A stretch of 64,000 nucleotides of DNA, taken from the NCBI RefSeq assembly GCF_006345805.1, contig NC_043003.1, positions 103,044,001-103,108,000 on the forward strand, given 5' to 3'. The position numbers were made by a program, and so were the translations under genes. This DNA comes from Octopus sinensis (lineage: Eukaryota). The notes below the pieces were generated by a model that was not told where the DNA came from, made no database searches, and saw nothing but the letters and a program-made list of their open reading frames with translations. Every line of letters starts with the position of its first letter. Position 1 is the stretch's first letter. Positions 11,725-25,129 of this stretch are shown here, piece by piece.

Positions 11725-12779
11725 TGTGTGTCGGTGCTTGAGAAAATAAATAAAATTTCCGTTAAAAGTTTGCAGTTTTATTTTGATTAAAATGCCAGTG
11801 ACTTCAGATCAAAACCAGTAGGCCTACATTTAGCGTCTTTGACTGTCATTCATTCCCACTCATAGAATACATAGAAATTATAAGATTGTAATTAACCACA
11901 CCTACAAAATTAAAAACATGTGTATTTGCTATTACTATTGTAGCTTACATTAAAAGCAACCAAATTAATCTGATATCAGCGCTAGACATGTTGATTAAGT
12001 TTTCATCAAGCGCTATTTGTAACCATATGTAGTGCTTCTTTCCTGAGCTTCTTCCGTCGTTTTATATACATTCCAATATTTTATGGGAAACCGCAATAGA
12101 ATTTTCGGAAAAATCAAATAAGAGATACATATAGTACTTCCCGAAACTCCAATCAGTAAGTCTAGCTGTAACAGCATTTATTAAAAAGAAAATAATGTAA
12201 ACCGAAAATTATCGGAACTTCACAAAATGTTATATGAAAAGAACATAAGACTTCCTAAAGCCTCAATCACTTTGTCTAGCTCTAACATCATTTAATATGG
12301 CTGGCTTTAGTAACAAGTGATTTATGTTATAATAGTAAATGTACATGTGTCAGTGGTACAGGAGATTTAGTTGAGGTTTCTTTTTTGCCATTAATTTAAT
12401 AATAAAGTATCTTAGCTTAACAGAAACTGGTAAGATACTCTATGCACAATTTGATATCCGGTGATTATTCGAGGTCAAACTGATCGAAATATACTGTAGA
12501 TGTAATTATTTATTAAGAAACGTTCGGCCACTAACGATAAAGTTAGTGGTCTGAGAGGATATAATTGTATTAACAATAATTCAATACTCTTAATAAACGG
12601 CATGAATATAATGTATATACGTATTTATATGTGTGGATATATACATAGCTATATATATTTATGTGTGTGTGTGTGTGTGTGTTTAGAGATACCTCCGAAC
12701 ATGTAAAATATATTACACATTTGCAGTAAGACAGGATTTTAGTAAAAATCACAAATAATTGTGACCTTTCTTTTATCTA

Positions 12780-13022
12780 TATCTTTTATCTTTTGCTTCT
12801 TTAGATCATTAGACTGCGGCTACGCTGGGGCACTGCCTTGAATTTTTAGCAGAGTGAATCGATCCCAGCACTTATTTTTTAAGACTGGTACTTATTCTAT
12901 CGATTTAGTTTGCCGAACTGTAAGTTATGGGGACGTAAACACAACAACTCCAGTTGTCAAGTGGTGATGAGGGGAAAACACAAACACAAAGACACACATG
13001 CATTTATATATATATATATTAT

Positions 13023-13061
<39 letters not shown>

Positions 13062-13192
13062 ATATATATATATATATATTATATATATGTATACGACGGG
13101 TTTCTTTCTGTTTCCGTCTACCAAATCCACTAACAAGGCTTTGGTCGGTCCGAGGCCATAGTAGAAGACACTTGCCCAAGGTGCCCCGCAGG
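12780..13192 (-). mobile_element. tRNA-derived SINE family A (5'-truncated, internal (TA)n expansion)
   Basis: Reverse-complement similarity to the full copy at 31933-32338. Confidence 0.8.
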
Positions 13193-13875
13193 TATATTTT
13201 ATATGAGTTATCTGATTCAAAATAATCTTTGATAATTGTTTTCCACGCTACCTGAAATGTGACTTGGTTTTTCTTTCAGATGATGGTAAAGGTGGTATTT
13301 ACTTCTGTCGCTGTTATTTTTTAATAAGCTCACTGGCTATTTACGATACCAGTCCCGGAACTGGCACTGAGATTCTATGTATATCACCGACGAAGGAACC
13401 GCTTTTATGTCTAGCCATGGGTGTCTGCCTTTGACAAGGCTAAAGAAGGCCGAAATCAGGTGAACTGGCAGTCTCAGCGGCGGTAGCAAACGATTATCTT
13501 CTGCCAGCGATATAAACACGAATGCTTATATGCATCACAAGTCCATAGAAGAGGTTCTCTCACTTTAAGTGGGGATACATATTACCTTTTGCTAGCAATA
13601 CTTCTTCTATCGCAATAAATTGTTTTGTAATATTTACACTTTAGAACAAGCAATCAGTTGCGGTTAAATTTCTAATTTTCAAAGCTTAGTCGGACTCCCT
13701 TCATTACTTCTAATGGGTTCAATCTCAAAAGAGGTGAGGATTTAGTGGGTTATCAGCTTTTGAAGTGTCCATAAAAAATATGTGCGCACACATTTGCACA
13801 CATTCTCATATACAGCCAAACACACAGAAACAGACACACACATATGCATATACATAACAAACACACACACACACA

Positions 13876-13912
<37 letters not shown>

Positions 13913-14328
13913 TATATGTATGTATGTATGTATATATACACACACACACACATATATACACTGACATACATACATGCATATTGCGTTCTGTTCATGTTGG
14001 AGTATATGCATATAATTGTGGAGTTTCACAGATTTTTACACCAAAATTGGTCCATGGGGTTGTGAATTCGTAAGTTTGTACAAATTTTTCTGTGAATCAT
14101 GTGATGTCATTAATATTTGCAATGCACATATATCTGTGTAATAAGGGAATCCAGAATAAGTTATTGGGGTCGTGTGTTTTTTATGTATAATGTTCATATA
14201 ATGCATCGGTGTGCTCTCATCCAAGTTGGAGATGTGTACTAACGTTCTTATGTGGTAAGCCTGATAATTGAGAAATGTCTTTATACATGAAACCGTTGGT
14301 GGCCTTATTAACCCACAAAGAATATTTA

Positions 14329-15160
14329 CGAGAGAGCACCCAAAAGTAACTGCAAACGTTCTCTGTGGGACAAGCCCGTTGTAGTTCAGGCTTCCGCTGC
14401 TAGAACCCGCTTATTGCCACCCTTCAGGCATCAGTATGTCGACCAGCGTTGTCGAGTGAAGTTGTACTGTCACATGCTGCGTCTTTATTTTGCAGTGCTC
14501 CTCCCCTGTTCGTCGATTTTTGCGATGGCTAAAACGAAGGAACAGCGTGCTTCCGTGAAATTCTGTTTTCTGCTGGTAAAAACAGTTGTCATGTTTCAAA
14601 CAGCTTACAAGAGCGCTGCCATAAGCAAAACTCAAGATTACTAGTGGTTTTCATGCTTTAGGAATGGTCACTTGTCGCTTGAAGACCAACCTCTTTCAGG
14701 ACGGCCGTCGACCTCTCGAAAGAATTAAAACGTCGTGAAAATTCATCAACTGATCCTGGAGGACCGTCACCGAACAATTAGTGAACTTGTTCATATGACT
14801 GGTGTGTCCTGGAGCCCTTGCCAATGAAAGGTGATCGAGGAATTGCGAATGAAAAAAGTTGCGGCAAAATATGTGCCTCGTTTACTCACGGAAGATCAAA
14901 AGCAATCAGGACTGTCCTCATTGGGGACAAAAGCTGGTGCTACGGAAATGCAGATGTAGAAGAGGTGAAAAAAGTGATGGAGGCGTTAAAAGGTATCACT
15001 AAGCAAGAGTTCCGGCACTGTTCCGAATAGTAGAAAGCGCGGATGGACCGATGCATTGTTCCTAATGGAAAATGCTTTGAAGGTAATAAACATGTAAACA
15101 TATAAAATTAAGTGGGTGAAATAACACCGCAAAATTCTGGTTCTTTCGGGTGCCCCCTTG
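14329..15160 (+). mobile_element. Internally deleted mariner DNA transposon with TIRs and TA TSD
   Basis: Imperfect TIRs (ta)cgagagagcacccaaaag / ctttcgggtgcccccttg(ta). Transposase remnants EQRASVKFCF and GDKSWCYG..VMEALKGITKQEF..CSE. Confidence 0.8.
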
Positions 15161-15162
15161 TA

Positions 15163-15224
<62 letters not shown>

Positions 15225-15276
15225 ATATATACAGGATAAACGTTACAAAGAGGCCTTAAAATGGTTAATAATTTCT

Positions 15277-15470
15277 TAAGGCAACGAGATGGCATTCCGG
15301 GAAAATGCTTAGCAGCATTTTGTCCGTCCTTACGTTTGAAGTTTAGATTCCACCGCGATCATCCTTTCGGAGTTGATAAAATAAATAGCAGTTGAACGCT
15401 GGGGTTGACGTAATAGACTTATCCATCTTCCCCGAATTGGCTGGCCTTGTGCCAAAATTTAAAATCAAGA
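15277..15470 (+). mobile_element. SINE family B, diverged copy
   Basis: Similar to 60893-61125 (aaatgcttagc..tcatcctttcgg..gataaaata). Confidence 0.65.
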
Positions 15471-15499
15471 TTTAGTAATATTCATCTATATCATTATAT

Positions 15500-16506
15500 T
15501 GATAGTCTTTCCAAATTTCCACTCAAGGAAAATACTTGTGTTACATAAAATGTTAAGAAATCAGCGAAGCCTGCAATTAAACGTCTCCAAAACGCAGATG
15601 CAATAGTCATTAAAGAAGCAGGTAAAGGGGGAGTACTCTTTTCATAATGGATGCTAAATGTTATTGGCATTTAACTGAAGAAAAGGATATGAATTTTTAA
15701 TCTGAAATACCTGCAAATATAACTCACGGCATTTATAAAGCAGCTCAGTAATCTGGTTTCAAATCATCATAACTCATCATTAATGAAAGTGACTGCCTTA
15801 ATAATTTTGAACCAAAACCCAGCAACTTTTATGGCTTACCATAAATACATAATCAAAGGAAATGCAAAATGTAGTAAAGGAACACGGCACAGTATGCATA
15901 AAATTACAACAACCAAATTGTCTAAAGGATAAACCTGTCATAGCTGGTCGGGCATATCCTACCGATCACCCAAGTAATTTTGTTGACATCATTTTGAAAC
16001 TATCATATACCACATACTGAAGCTCATCCGAGATTATATTGGTTCCTCGACTCATCTACCAAAAAACAACTGAGTCGAATTCGTTGCTGGTTAGCTCCGA
16101 TGTTTTGAAACTACAAATATATTCCACAATTAGTCACAATGAAATATTGGATGGAAAAACAGATCGGTGATCGCCATTAGAGTCACCATAGATTTGATAT
16201 CAGTTGCTGTCAGTCTTATCCTTGAGAATAACGTTCTTTTTCTAAAAATTATCTTCAGGTAAGTGACACGGTGATGGGGAATAAATTTGCTCCATTTTAA
16301 GCAAACTTGGAAAGAACTTGTATGAAAAGAAAAACTATGGCCCTGACTTTAGAAGATATATAGAGGGTGCATGGAAGAGATGTTTATCTAAATTTGAATG
16401 TCACAAAGATGAACAGTACAAAATTACCGTTCCTCGATATAATGATGGTAATTAAAAGTAATACCAGTATCACATGGGATATATATATCCCATGTGTGTA
16501 TGCGTG

Positions 16507-16545
<39 letters not shown>

Positions 16546-16606
16546 ATGCGTGTGTATATATATATATATACACGCATACACACACGCATACACACACACA
16601 CAAACA

Positions 16607-16690
<84 letters not shown>

Positions 16691-17480
16691 CATTATAAAG
16701 ACTCAGATATACATCAGTAATTGAACTTTAAATCATGCCAACACATACAAAATGTAAAATCCTATAGTCTAACTCGGAAAATTTGTTCTATTCTTGATGA
16801 TATAGTTACTAAGGAAAAACTACTCACAACACTTAAGGGGTGTCTACTAAGACAAAAATATCCACTCTTACTTATAGAAAATGGATTACAACTTAGACCA
16901 ACCCAAGAAAGAGGAACACAAGTCTAGAATACTATACGTTTTCTAGTGAGTCACATTCTGTGGCATCAAAATATTTTTAATGTTGCCAAATCAAACTTGT
17001 TTACCACCAGACCAAGTAACGAACTAAAATATCTATTACCTGTCATACACTTGTTCAAAGTAAAAGGCAGCCAAAAATCTTGAAGCAATTATTGATAAGA
17101 TAAAGGCAAAGTTTGACCTGAACAACGATGGTAAAACATGCATGGTATTCAAATGCAATGACAATCGGTGATCAGTTCATACATACTTGTCAGCATACCA
17201 ACACAAAACCGGATGAAAATATTTCCAAATACTAATATGTACTGCAAAAGTAGAAATCTCATCTACATCATCAAATGCCCGTATTGTGAAATATATATAT
17301 ATATTGGTTAGACGGGAAACTCATTATCAGAACGCACGCGTGTAGACTGGTAACAAGTTCGGGACAGTAATCACCAGATCCCATTAAGTAATCATTTATA
17401 AACACGCAATAAGAAAATGTTTTTCATATTCCCATTTTACACTGAGAAACTTAAACCCATTCTGAATGGACAATAATATG
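15500..17480 (+). mobile_element. Decayed Neptune-type Penelope-like element (RT + GIY-YIG), with a microsatellite expanded inside the RT (16480-16690)
   Basis: AIVIKEAGKG, PSNFYGLP, KLPFLDIMM..WDIY, NFKSC, MYCKSRNLIYIIKCPYC..IG. Collinear with the element at 25.1-29.0 kb. Confidence 0.75.
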
Positions 17481-18154
17481 AAGAAAGATGCCAGTATTGA
17501 TATAAATTTGATTTTGCTCAAAAATGATATTGGCAGTATTACGAAAGTATAAATAAACCGAATTTGCACTTAATTTCATTTAAAAACATTGTCAGGTAGG
17601 CTATGGTCTGTAGCATTAGATGTTTTTCAAAACCTGAATGTAGTTGAACCCTCTGTTAGGGTCTCTGATTGGTTAATTTTTTTCTATGAGTAAGGACAGT
17701 CAATGTCAACTATGTTACTGTGTTCAGCTGTTGGAGTCTATCGAAGGCATTTAAAGGGGAAATTAATTCATTTCACTGCAGTCACCAATTTACCTGTAAA
17801 CTCTTATAAAACATGAACGTATTCTAATATGTAATATTCTAAAATTGTAAATATACAAAAGAATAAAATGTAAAAATTGGACTGCGTTGGAATTTAATTG
17901 GCTTACATTCATGTGTGTATGTGTAAATGTATGTATGTATGCGTTAAGCACATGTAGCTGTGTGTATGCATTTATGTATATAAGTATATTTATATCTATC
18001 TATCCATACATATTGATGTGTCTCGCAATAATTTGAATAATGGGAGCCAGTAATTGATAATCTCCGATCGTATACCGACCAGTGAAAATCAGGGGATATT
18101 AGAAGAGAGTGTCCGTTTCGTTTTATCAGCAGTCTTATTTAGTACAATGTCTTG

Positions 18155-18190
18155 TATGTATGTATGCGTGCATGTGTCTGTCTGTCTGCC

Positions 18191-18233
<43 letters not shown>

Positions 18234-18915
18234 ATGTATGTATGTATGTATGTATGTATGTATGTATGTATGTATGTGTGTATGTGTGTGTGTATGTGTG
18301 TGTATGTGTGTATGTATGTATGTATGTATTTATGCGTGTATGTGTGTATGTATGTATCTATGTATATATGTGTGTATGTGTGTCTGTCTGTATATATGTG
18401 TGTATGTGTGTCTGTATGTATGTATATATGTATGTATGTGTGTGTGTATGTGTGTAGTATGTATGTATGTATGTATTATGGTATGTGTGTATGTAGTATG
18501 TATGTATGTATTTATGTGTGTATGTGTGTCTGTCTGTATGTATGTATATATGTGTGTATGTGTGTCTGTCTGTATGTATGTGTGTGTGTATGTGTGTATG
18601 TATGTATGTATGTATGTATGTGTGTATGTGTGTATGTATGTATGTATGTGTGTGTATGTATGAATGTGTGTATGTGTGTCTGTCTGTCTGTATGTATGTA
18701 TATATGTATGTGTGTCTGTATGTATGTATGTGTATGTATGTACGTATGTATGTATGTGTGTATGTATGTATGTATGTATGTATGTGTGTATGTATGTATG
18801 TATGTATGAAATATGTATGTATGTATGTATGTATTATGTATGTATGTATGTGTGTGTGTATGTATGTATGTATGTATGTATGTATGTATGTATGTATGTA
18901 TGTATGTATGTACGT
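18155..18915. repeat. Long degenerate (TATG)n/(TCTG)n/(TG)n microsatellite mosaic
   Basis: Directly visible. It explains the spurious 'YVCM' ORFs. Confidence 0.95.
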
Positions 18916-20357
18916 GTTTGTAACATGTTAGCCCGCGTACACAAACGCTCTTCCTGGAAAATATATTCAGAGAGAACTATAAGTGATTTTGAAACGTGAC
19001 AATCCTTATTCCGCTCAACTGTTATAACGACACATAATACATAGCAAGATAATTCTTTATTTCATTATCAAAGGACGCTTTTCTGGTTTCAACGCAAACT
19101 TCAACAATGACCCTTTCTTTTTATTGGCCAATGCTACTTGTCTGGTCCTACCTAATACAATGAGTCCGCACAGTTCTTGAGGAGGACAATTAGTAATTTA
19201 ATTGGTGTGGTTTGGCTGTTCTTTCAGGCAGGTCGAATGATCACGTTCAGACTCCCTCGGTAACTCACACGTCATTAAGCATTCATAACTACTAGCATGA
19301 TTGATTTCATTCATAATCTATCGATTTATATCGAACATGCTACTATAGAAACTTTAGAAAATATTCACGTCTGCTGATGACTATCGATTTTTCCTTCCTT
19401 CCTACCTTCCACCTTTCCTTCTGTCCTTTCTTATTTATATATTCATTTATTTATTTGTTCCAATGGGTAACACTTGTGAAGCAAATTCTCTAGAAGAGGA
19501 AAAAAATCCTCTAAATTATTTGTAATTTGGTATTTAGCTTCAAGATAATTTCTACAAGAATTTGCTGTAATATAATTAACATATTTTTAATTGTTTCCTT
19601 AATTCATTAAGGCGTTTTATTTTGTGATAGCTTGAAAGCTTAATTTGTATTAATATTGTTTTTATTTTACGATAGTAGATTACACAAATGATTGATCTAG
19701 ATTCATTGCGAATTATCTTTTTCCCCTTGAGCATCTGTTGAACCAAGGTTTAAATACAACACGATGATATTTAAATTTTCACAGTAATTTAAAACTCTTA
19801 ATCAAGCGACTGACTGCTTTACGTAGTCGCCTGGCCGGCAAGAAATCGCAGTCAAGCACCCTTCAAATCAAACTTTACCCCTTACAGAAAGAAATGACAC
19901 ATTCGCTATGGTAGTATTAGATAACCCATAAAAGATGGGATAGTCATATCTAGTAATCTTGTGATCATACGACAAGATCCCGACTGATTTAGGGTTAAAC
20001 AAGGATCCAGGAAAGGGAAAATAATGAACGAAGTAAATCAAGAAAAACTATGCCACTTTGTTCAATAGCTTTTTCTCTCTGAAAAAGCAAAATTTTCGGC
20101 ATATACAACGGAAAGGAAAATTTGAAAATGCTTCATATGATGCAATATGTCTGTTACATCGGCCAGAGACTGGTATTAAATGTGAAGTGATGGAGATCGA
20201 GGAATTCGGTACTCACACGATGTATATATATATATATAATATATATATAATATATATATATTACATACATAATTTTTCTGAATCTTCAGATTTTTCAATA
20301 TGCTAGACCACTGGTTTTAAATTGATATTGATCAAATTGATATTCAATTTTCACCCT

Positions 20358-20391
<34 letters not shown>

Positions 20392-20731
20392 AACTTTATT
20401 TCATCAAAAAATTTAGACCAAGTTTGAACACCCTGGGCCAGGAATATTAAAACAAAACATTGGTCTTCCGAAAAAGAAAAACGAAATTCTACCACAACCA
20501 CTACGACTGCTCCCACTAGCACTACTACTACAACCACCGTGGTCACTACCATTACTGCTACGTTCAGCAGCCCCCTATTACTACCACTGCTGCTACGGCC
20601 ACAGTGAGAGAATTAAAATACTGGAGGTGGGGGGAATTACAATTTCTCAGATCCTTAAACTGTCACTCCCGCTGGCAGTGGTATGTCTTAGGGAAGGAAG
20701 AATTTATAGAAAGATTTTTTTTCTCTGCGAG

Positions 20732-21038
20732 CAGATCTGATTTTGATTCGTCAAAAAATTGATGACGTTTTACCTCCGTGGTCAAGCTTGTCGCCCTGCT
20801 TGGTTGGTTTCCTTAGAAGATACAGTTATGGGTCAGATCTGATTTTGATTCGTTAAAAAATTGATGACGTTTTTCTTCCGTGTCAAACTAGTCGTTCTGC
20901 TTGGTTAGCCACCTTACAGGATACAGTTATGGGTCAGATCTGATTTTGATTCGTTAAAAAAAATTGATGACGTTTTTCTTCTGTGGTCAAGCTTGTCGTT
21001 CTGCTTGGTTGGTTTCCTAACAGGATACAGTTATGGGT
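20732..21038. repeat. Minisatellite, 3 copies of a ~102-bp unit
   Basis: cagatctgattttgattcg at 20732, 20834 and 20935. Each unit ends in gatacagttatgggt. Confidence 0.9.
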
Positions 21039-21554
21039 CTTTTCCTTATCTTCGTTGAAGCTTGGTTTTGATTGGTTTGGAATTATATGACGTCAGTGAA
21101 CAGTGCCAGAGACCACGGCTACTGCTGCTGTCACAGCCACAGCTTAGCTGATATAACCCCAACCACCACAAAGATTACCAAAATTACGACCAACAGACGA
21201 CAACCAAGAATCACTGCTGTTGCTTCCATTGGAACACAAGGTAAAATCTATAATGAACTTCTCCACTACACTCGACAAAACAGTAAGGAACGACTATGGA
21301 TTTTTTCTATTATACTCTTTATAATATATTTGATAAGGTTCTCCTTTTTAAGAACATGGATTCTATTGAATGTATATAGCATGGATTCTATTGAATGTAT
21401 GTAACAATTATGAACTGTTCCATTATACTTTTTATTATAAAAAAATTTTTTTGATAAGGTTCGTTATTTCAAGAAACGAAACATGTAAAATTAAAATTTA
21501 TCTAATATAGTGGCGTTTTCAAACTTCTTTTTTACAAATATATATATATATATA

Positions 21555-23447
21555 CTTTATTTAAAAGCAGCAGAAATTCAACAAAACCTGTTACTCTGAG
21601 TTTCACGTTCCCGTTCGTCGGACAGTTTTTGTTAAAATAGAACCGATATGCCAATTCTATCAAGACTAGTATAAACGCTACACCTTTAAAAATGGACTTG
21701 TTTGATTGGTCCTTTCAAATAACGGTAATTTCGAGCGATAAACAAAAATGAGCTCAATATAAAATATAAAAATATATATAAAATTATAAAAGTCGAGGAA
21801 AAACCTTACATCGAATCTTTGGCTAAAATACATAGTCATTAATAAAGAAAATATAATTAATACATGGAAATTGAAATTAAAATATTAAAATGCATTAAAA
21901 TGTTTCACAACAGTACATACTCATACTAAACTATACATATATACATCAACATACACAGATAGATGTGCGTAGACCACATACATATACAGACATATAAATA
22001 CAAAACTAAAATATACACACAAATGCATGTACACATATGTATACGCAATCTAGATCTAGCTTCCATGCAAAATCACTGTATCCATATAGACTATAAGCTA
22101 AATTCATGGATGGGAAGGGGCGTTCTTATTTACAACATAAAGCTAAAGACATAGGTAAGGGAGGGGGAGGGGGGACGTAAAGTTACAGGGCTCTATACAA
22201 GTAATGAATAGGGGGAGAAAAAACGAAAGAACGGAAGAGAGAGAAAAAAGAAAAAGAGAAAAGGGAAAAAAGAAGGAAAGGAAAGAAGAAAAAATTATAA
22301 CATTCTGGCTATACGTTACGAGTTTTTGTATACTAATATGTAAGCACATATACTGACACATATATGAAGACAAGTACGCAAACACACAAGCCCAAGTGGA
22401 TACATGCATACACATACATTTGTGTATGTATGTGCTTAAGTACAAACATACGCTCACTTACACATATACAAAGACGTATGCTTACAAATACATATTCATG
22501 CCAATACACATATTCACGTAGAAATGCCTAGGATCTGACAACATTGTTTTTTTTTTTAAAAATGGTGAGTGCATAATAATAAAAATTAGACGAAAGACAT
22601 GCAAAATATAACACCCTATATCGGATTATCTATAAATTAAATTACCAAAGTGAGCCTATACAATATAATAAAATAAAATAAACTAAGTCGAAGGTTTTTC
22701 CTAAGGAATATGTAGAAATATAAACAAATTATAAACAAAATATATGCACAAGACTTTGCTATGCGGAATGAAACCTGCATAGCGCGAAACAAATCCATCG
22801 ATGTGATTTAAAGACTAGTCCAAGAATCAAAAATTCAAAAAGACAAAATATACGCTATCCATATGGGATATTTATGTTCGACATTTTAAATTTGGTTGCG
22901 TGCCTGCATGAGTTCAAAAGTTCGCTTCTTTGATTCAAAGAATTATTGTCTTTGAATAAAATGTAAAATTTTTCTAACAAACAAAGATTGCATTTAAAAG
23001 TTTTCTTGTGTGCCCCAGCCTGTATGGTCTCTCTATCTAGAAGGCTCCATGTCACGTTGAAAGGTGGGGCTTCTTTTTCTTTTAGTTCCCAGACATATTT
23101 TGCCAGGATGTTCTTCTTCCTATTTTCTGGGTATCTAAATGAATTTTTATGCGAATAAAATCGCGTTCTAAACAAATTTTCCGAAGCCCTTGTATAGGTC
23201 TTATATTCAGATGAGCCTTCTATTTGTACCTTGGCTCTATAAACGACCCCTTTTACCAAACATTTCCCTTCCAACGGACAGGAGGATTAACTTTACAATT
23301 GCATTTCTTAAGGGGATCGGCACCATGCTTAATATCAATTAAATTCCTATTGTGCTGGCTAATGTAAGAGGCGAAATTCCTGCAACAAGAATAGCTAATC
23401 TTAAGGGTTCTTCTATAAAATATTCTATAAAATTTATGGTCCTGCTT
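21555..23447 (-). mobile_element. 5'-truncated Penelope-like element: GIY-YIG endonuclease, long 3' UTR, terminal HHR; (TA)n on both sides
   Basis: ORF 22855-23274: GKCLVKGVVYRA..RTRFYSHKNSFR..LAKYVWELK..CNLCLLEK..LNQRSELLNSCRH. HHR at 21588-21625. Confidence 0.85.
21588..21625 (-). ncRNA. Minimal type I hammerhead ribozyme (U4C core variant)
   Basis: ctgt-CCGACGA-acg ggaa cgt-GAAA-ctc a gag-TA-acag. Confidence 0.75.
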
Positions 23448-23475
23448 ATATATATATATATATATATATATATCT

Positions 23476-23523
<48 letters not shown>

Positions 23524-23689
23524 ATATAATATATATATATATGGATAGATAGATAGATATATTTATATAGATAGATAGATATATTTATAGATATATTTTA
23601 ATTGTATTTAAATACTGTAAAATTGTAAAGATTGCAAATAATAAAACGTGAAAATCAGACATAAAAGTTCATTGATTAATATATATATA

Positions 23690-23950
23690 TGAAATTGAGA
23701 ATATGTGTCTGTATGTGTGCATCACTAAAACTCAAGAACTACCCAACCAATTTCAAACAAATTTTACACATGCCTTAATTAGGGTCCATGCAGTGTCATG
23801 GGTGAAAAAATGTCAACATCTTGCCTAATGCGATCCCGGAGAAATTTCTTATCTCTTACACTATTTCAGTATTACGTGTCAAAAGTGAAACAATAACATT
23901 TCTACTGTAACGTGAGATAATAATTTCAGTATTAATACCTTCACTATGTA
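23690..23950 (+). mobile_element. Possible non-autonomous Helentron/HINE-like fragment
   Basis: tgtctgtatgtgtg...aactcaagaactacccaaccaatttcaaacaaattttacaca resembles the conserved core of DINE-1/HINE-type elements. Recognition only. Confidence 0.4.
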
Positions 23951-24062
23951 TATAATATATACATAGTGCAACTATTAATACTGAAACTATTATCTCTCAT
24001 ATATATATGCATGTATGTACATACATACATACATACATACATACATACATACATACATACAT

Positions 24063-24140
<78 letters not shown>

Positions 24141-24934
24141 ATAATGGATCGTGGATAAGGCCAAAACAACGCGAAGTAAATGCAAGGTAAATCACAGGTA
24201 AACAAATGTGAATTAATGCAGACTTGCCTTGCGTTCAATATTTTGGGGCTATAACCCCATTTTCAAGAAATAGACGAATGTTGCCGATGTGCGTGTGTGA
24301 GAGCGTATATATATATAAATGTATGTATGTATATGTGTATATATACATCTGCACATGTATATGTATGTATATATGTATGTGTATATATATAGATATAGAT
24401 ATAGATGTATCATTATGTATACATATCTATGTATAGATGTATATGTATATATACATGCATATATATATATATAGATAGATAGATTTATAAGTATATATAT
24501 GTACATATGTATGTATATTATATGTATACACATATATATGCATGTATATATGTGTATATATATATGTACATATATATATATGTATATATATAGAAGTATA
24601 TGTGCAGATGTATATATGCACATATATATATAGATGTACATGTATAGATGTATATATATATATTTATATGTATATATATATATATGTATATATATACATG
24701 TATATATATGTGTGTGTATATATATGTATATATATATATATATTTATATAAACATTTATGTATATATATATACACATTTATGTATTTATATATATGTATG
24801 CATGTGTACATATATATGTAAGTATATATATAAAGTAGCATATTTATCGATATACATGTATAGATGCTTATGTATATATGTGTAAATATATATATATGTA
24901 CTCTTTCGCCACCACTTTCTCTCATTCTTCTGTT

Positions 24935-25056
24935 GGCCTGCTCGCTTAGCCAGTGAGGTGGCGTCATTTGAAGGCTAAAACAATGCGAAGCGCATTGTGA
25001 CCAGCAATGTGTAGCAACATCTGATAGCCTGGACGGTCAAGGTGATCACGGTGATA
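24935..25056 (+). mobile_element. Short interspersed repeat (second copy at 56382-56496)
   Basis: ctgctcgcttagccag..ggtggcgtcatt..aaaacaatgcgaa..cgcattgtgaccagcaatgtgta occurs twice in the window. Confidence 0.7.
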
Positions 25057-25066
25057 TATATCTATC

Positions 25067-25129
<63 letters not shown>

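Noticed and set aside
20732-21038. CRISPR-like repeat array
   Set aside because: The whole unit repeats with no unique spacers, the context is eukaryotic, and there are no cas genes.
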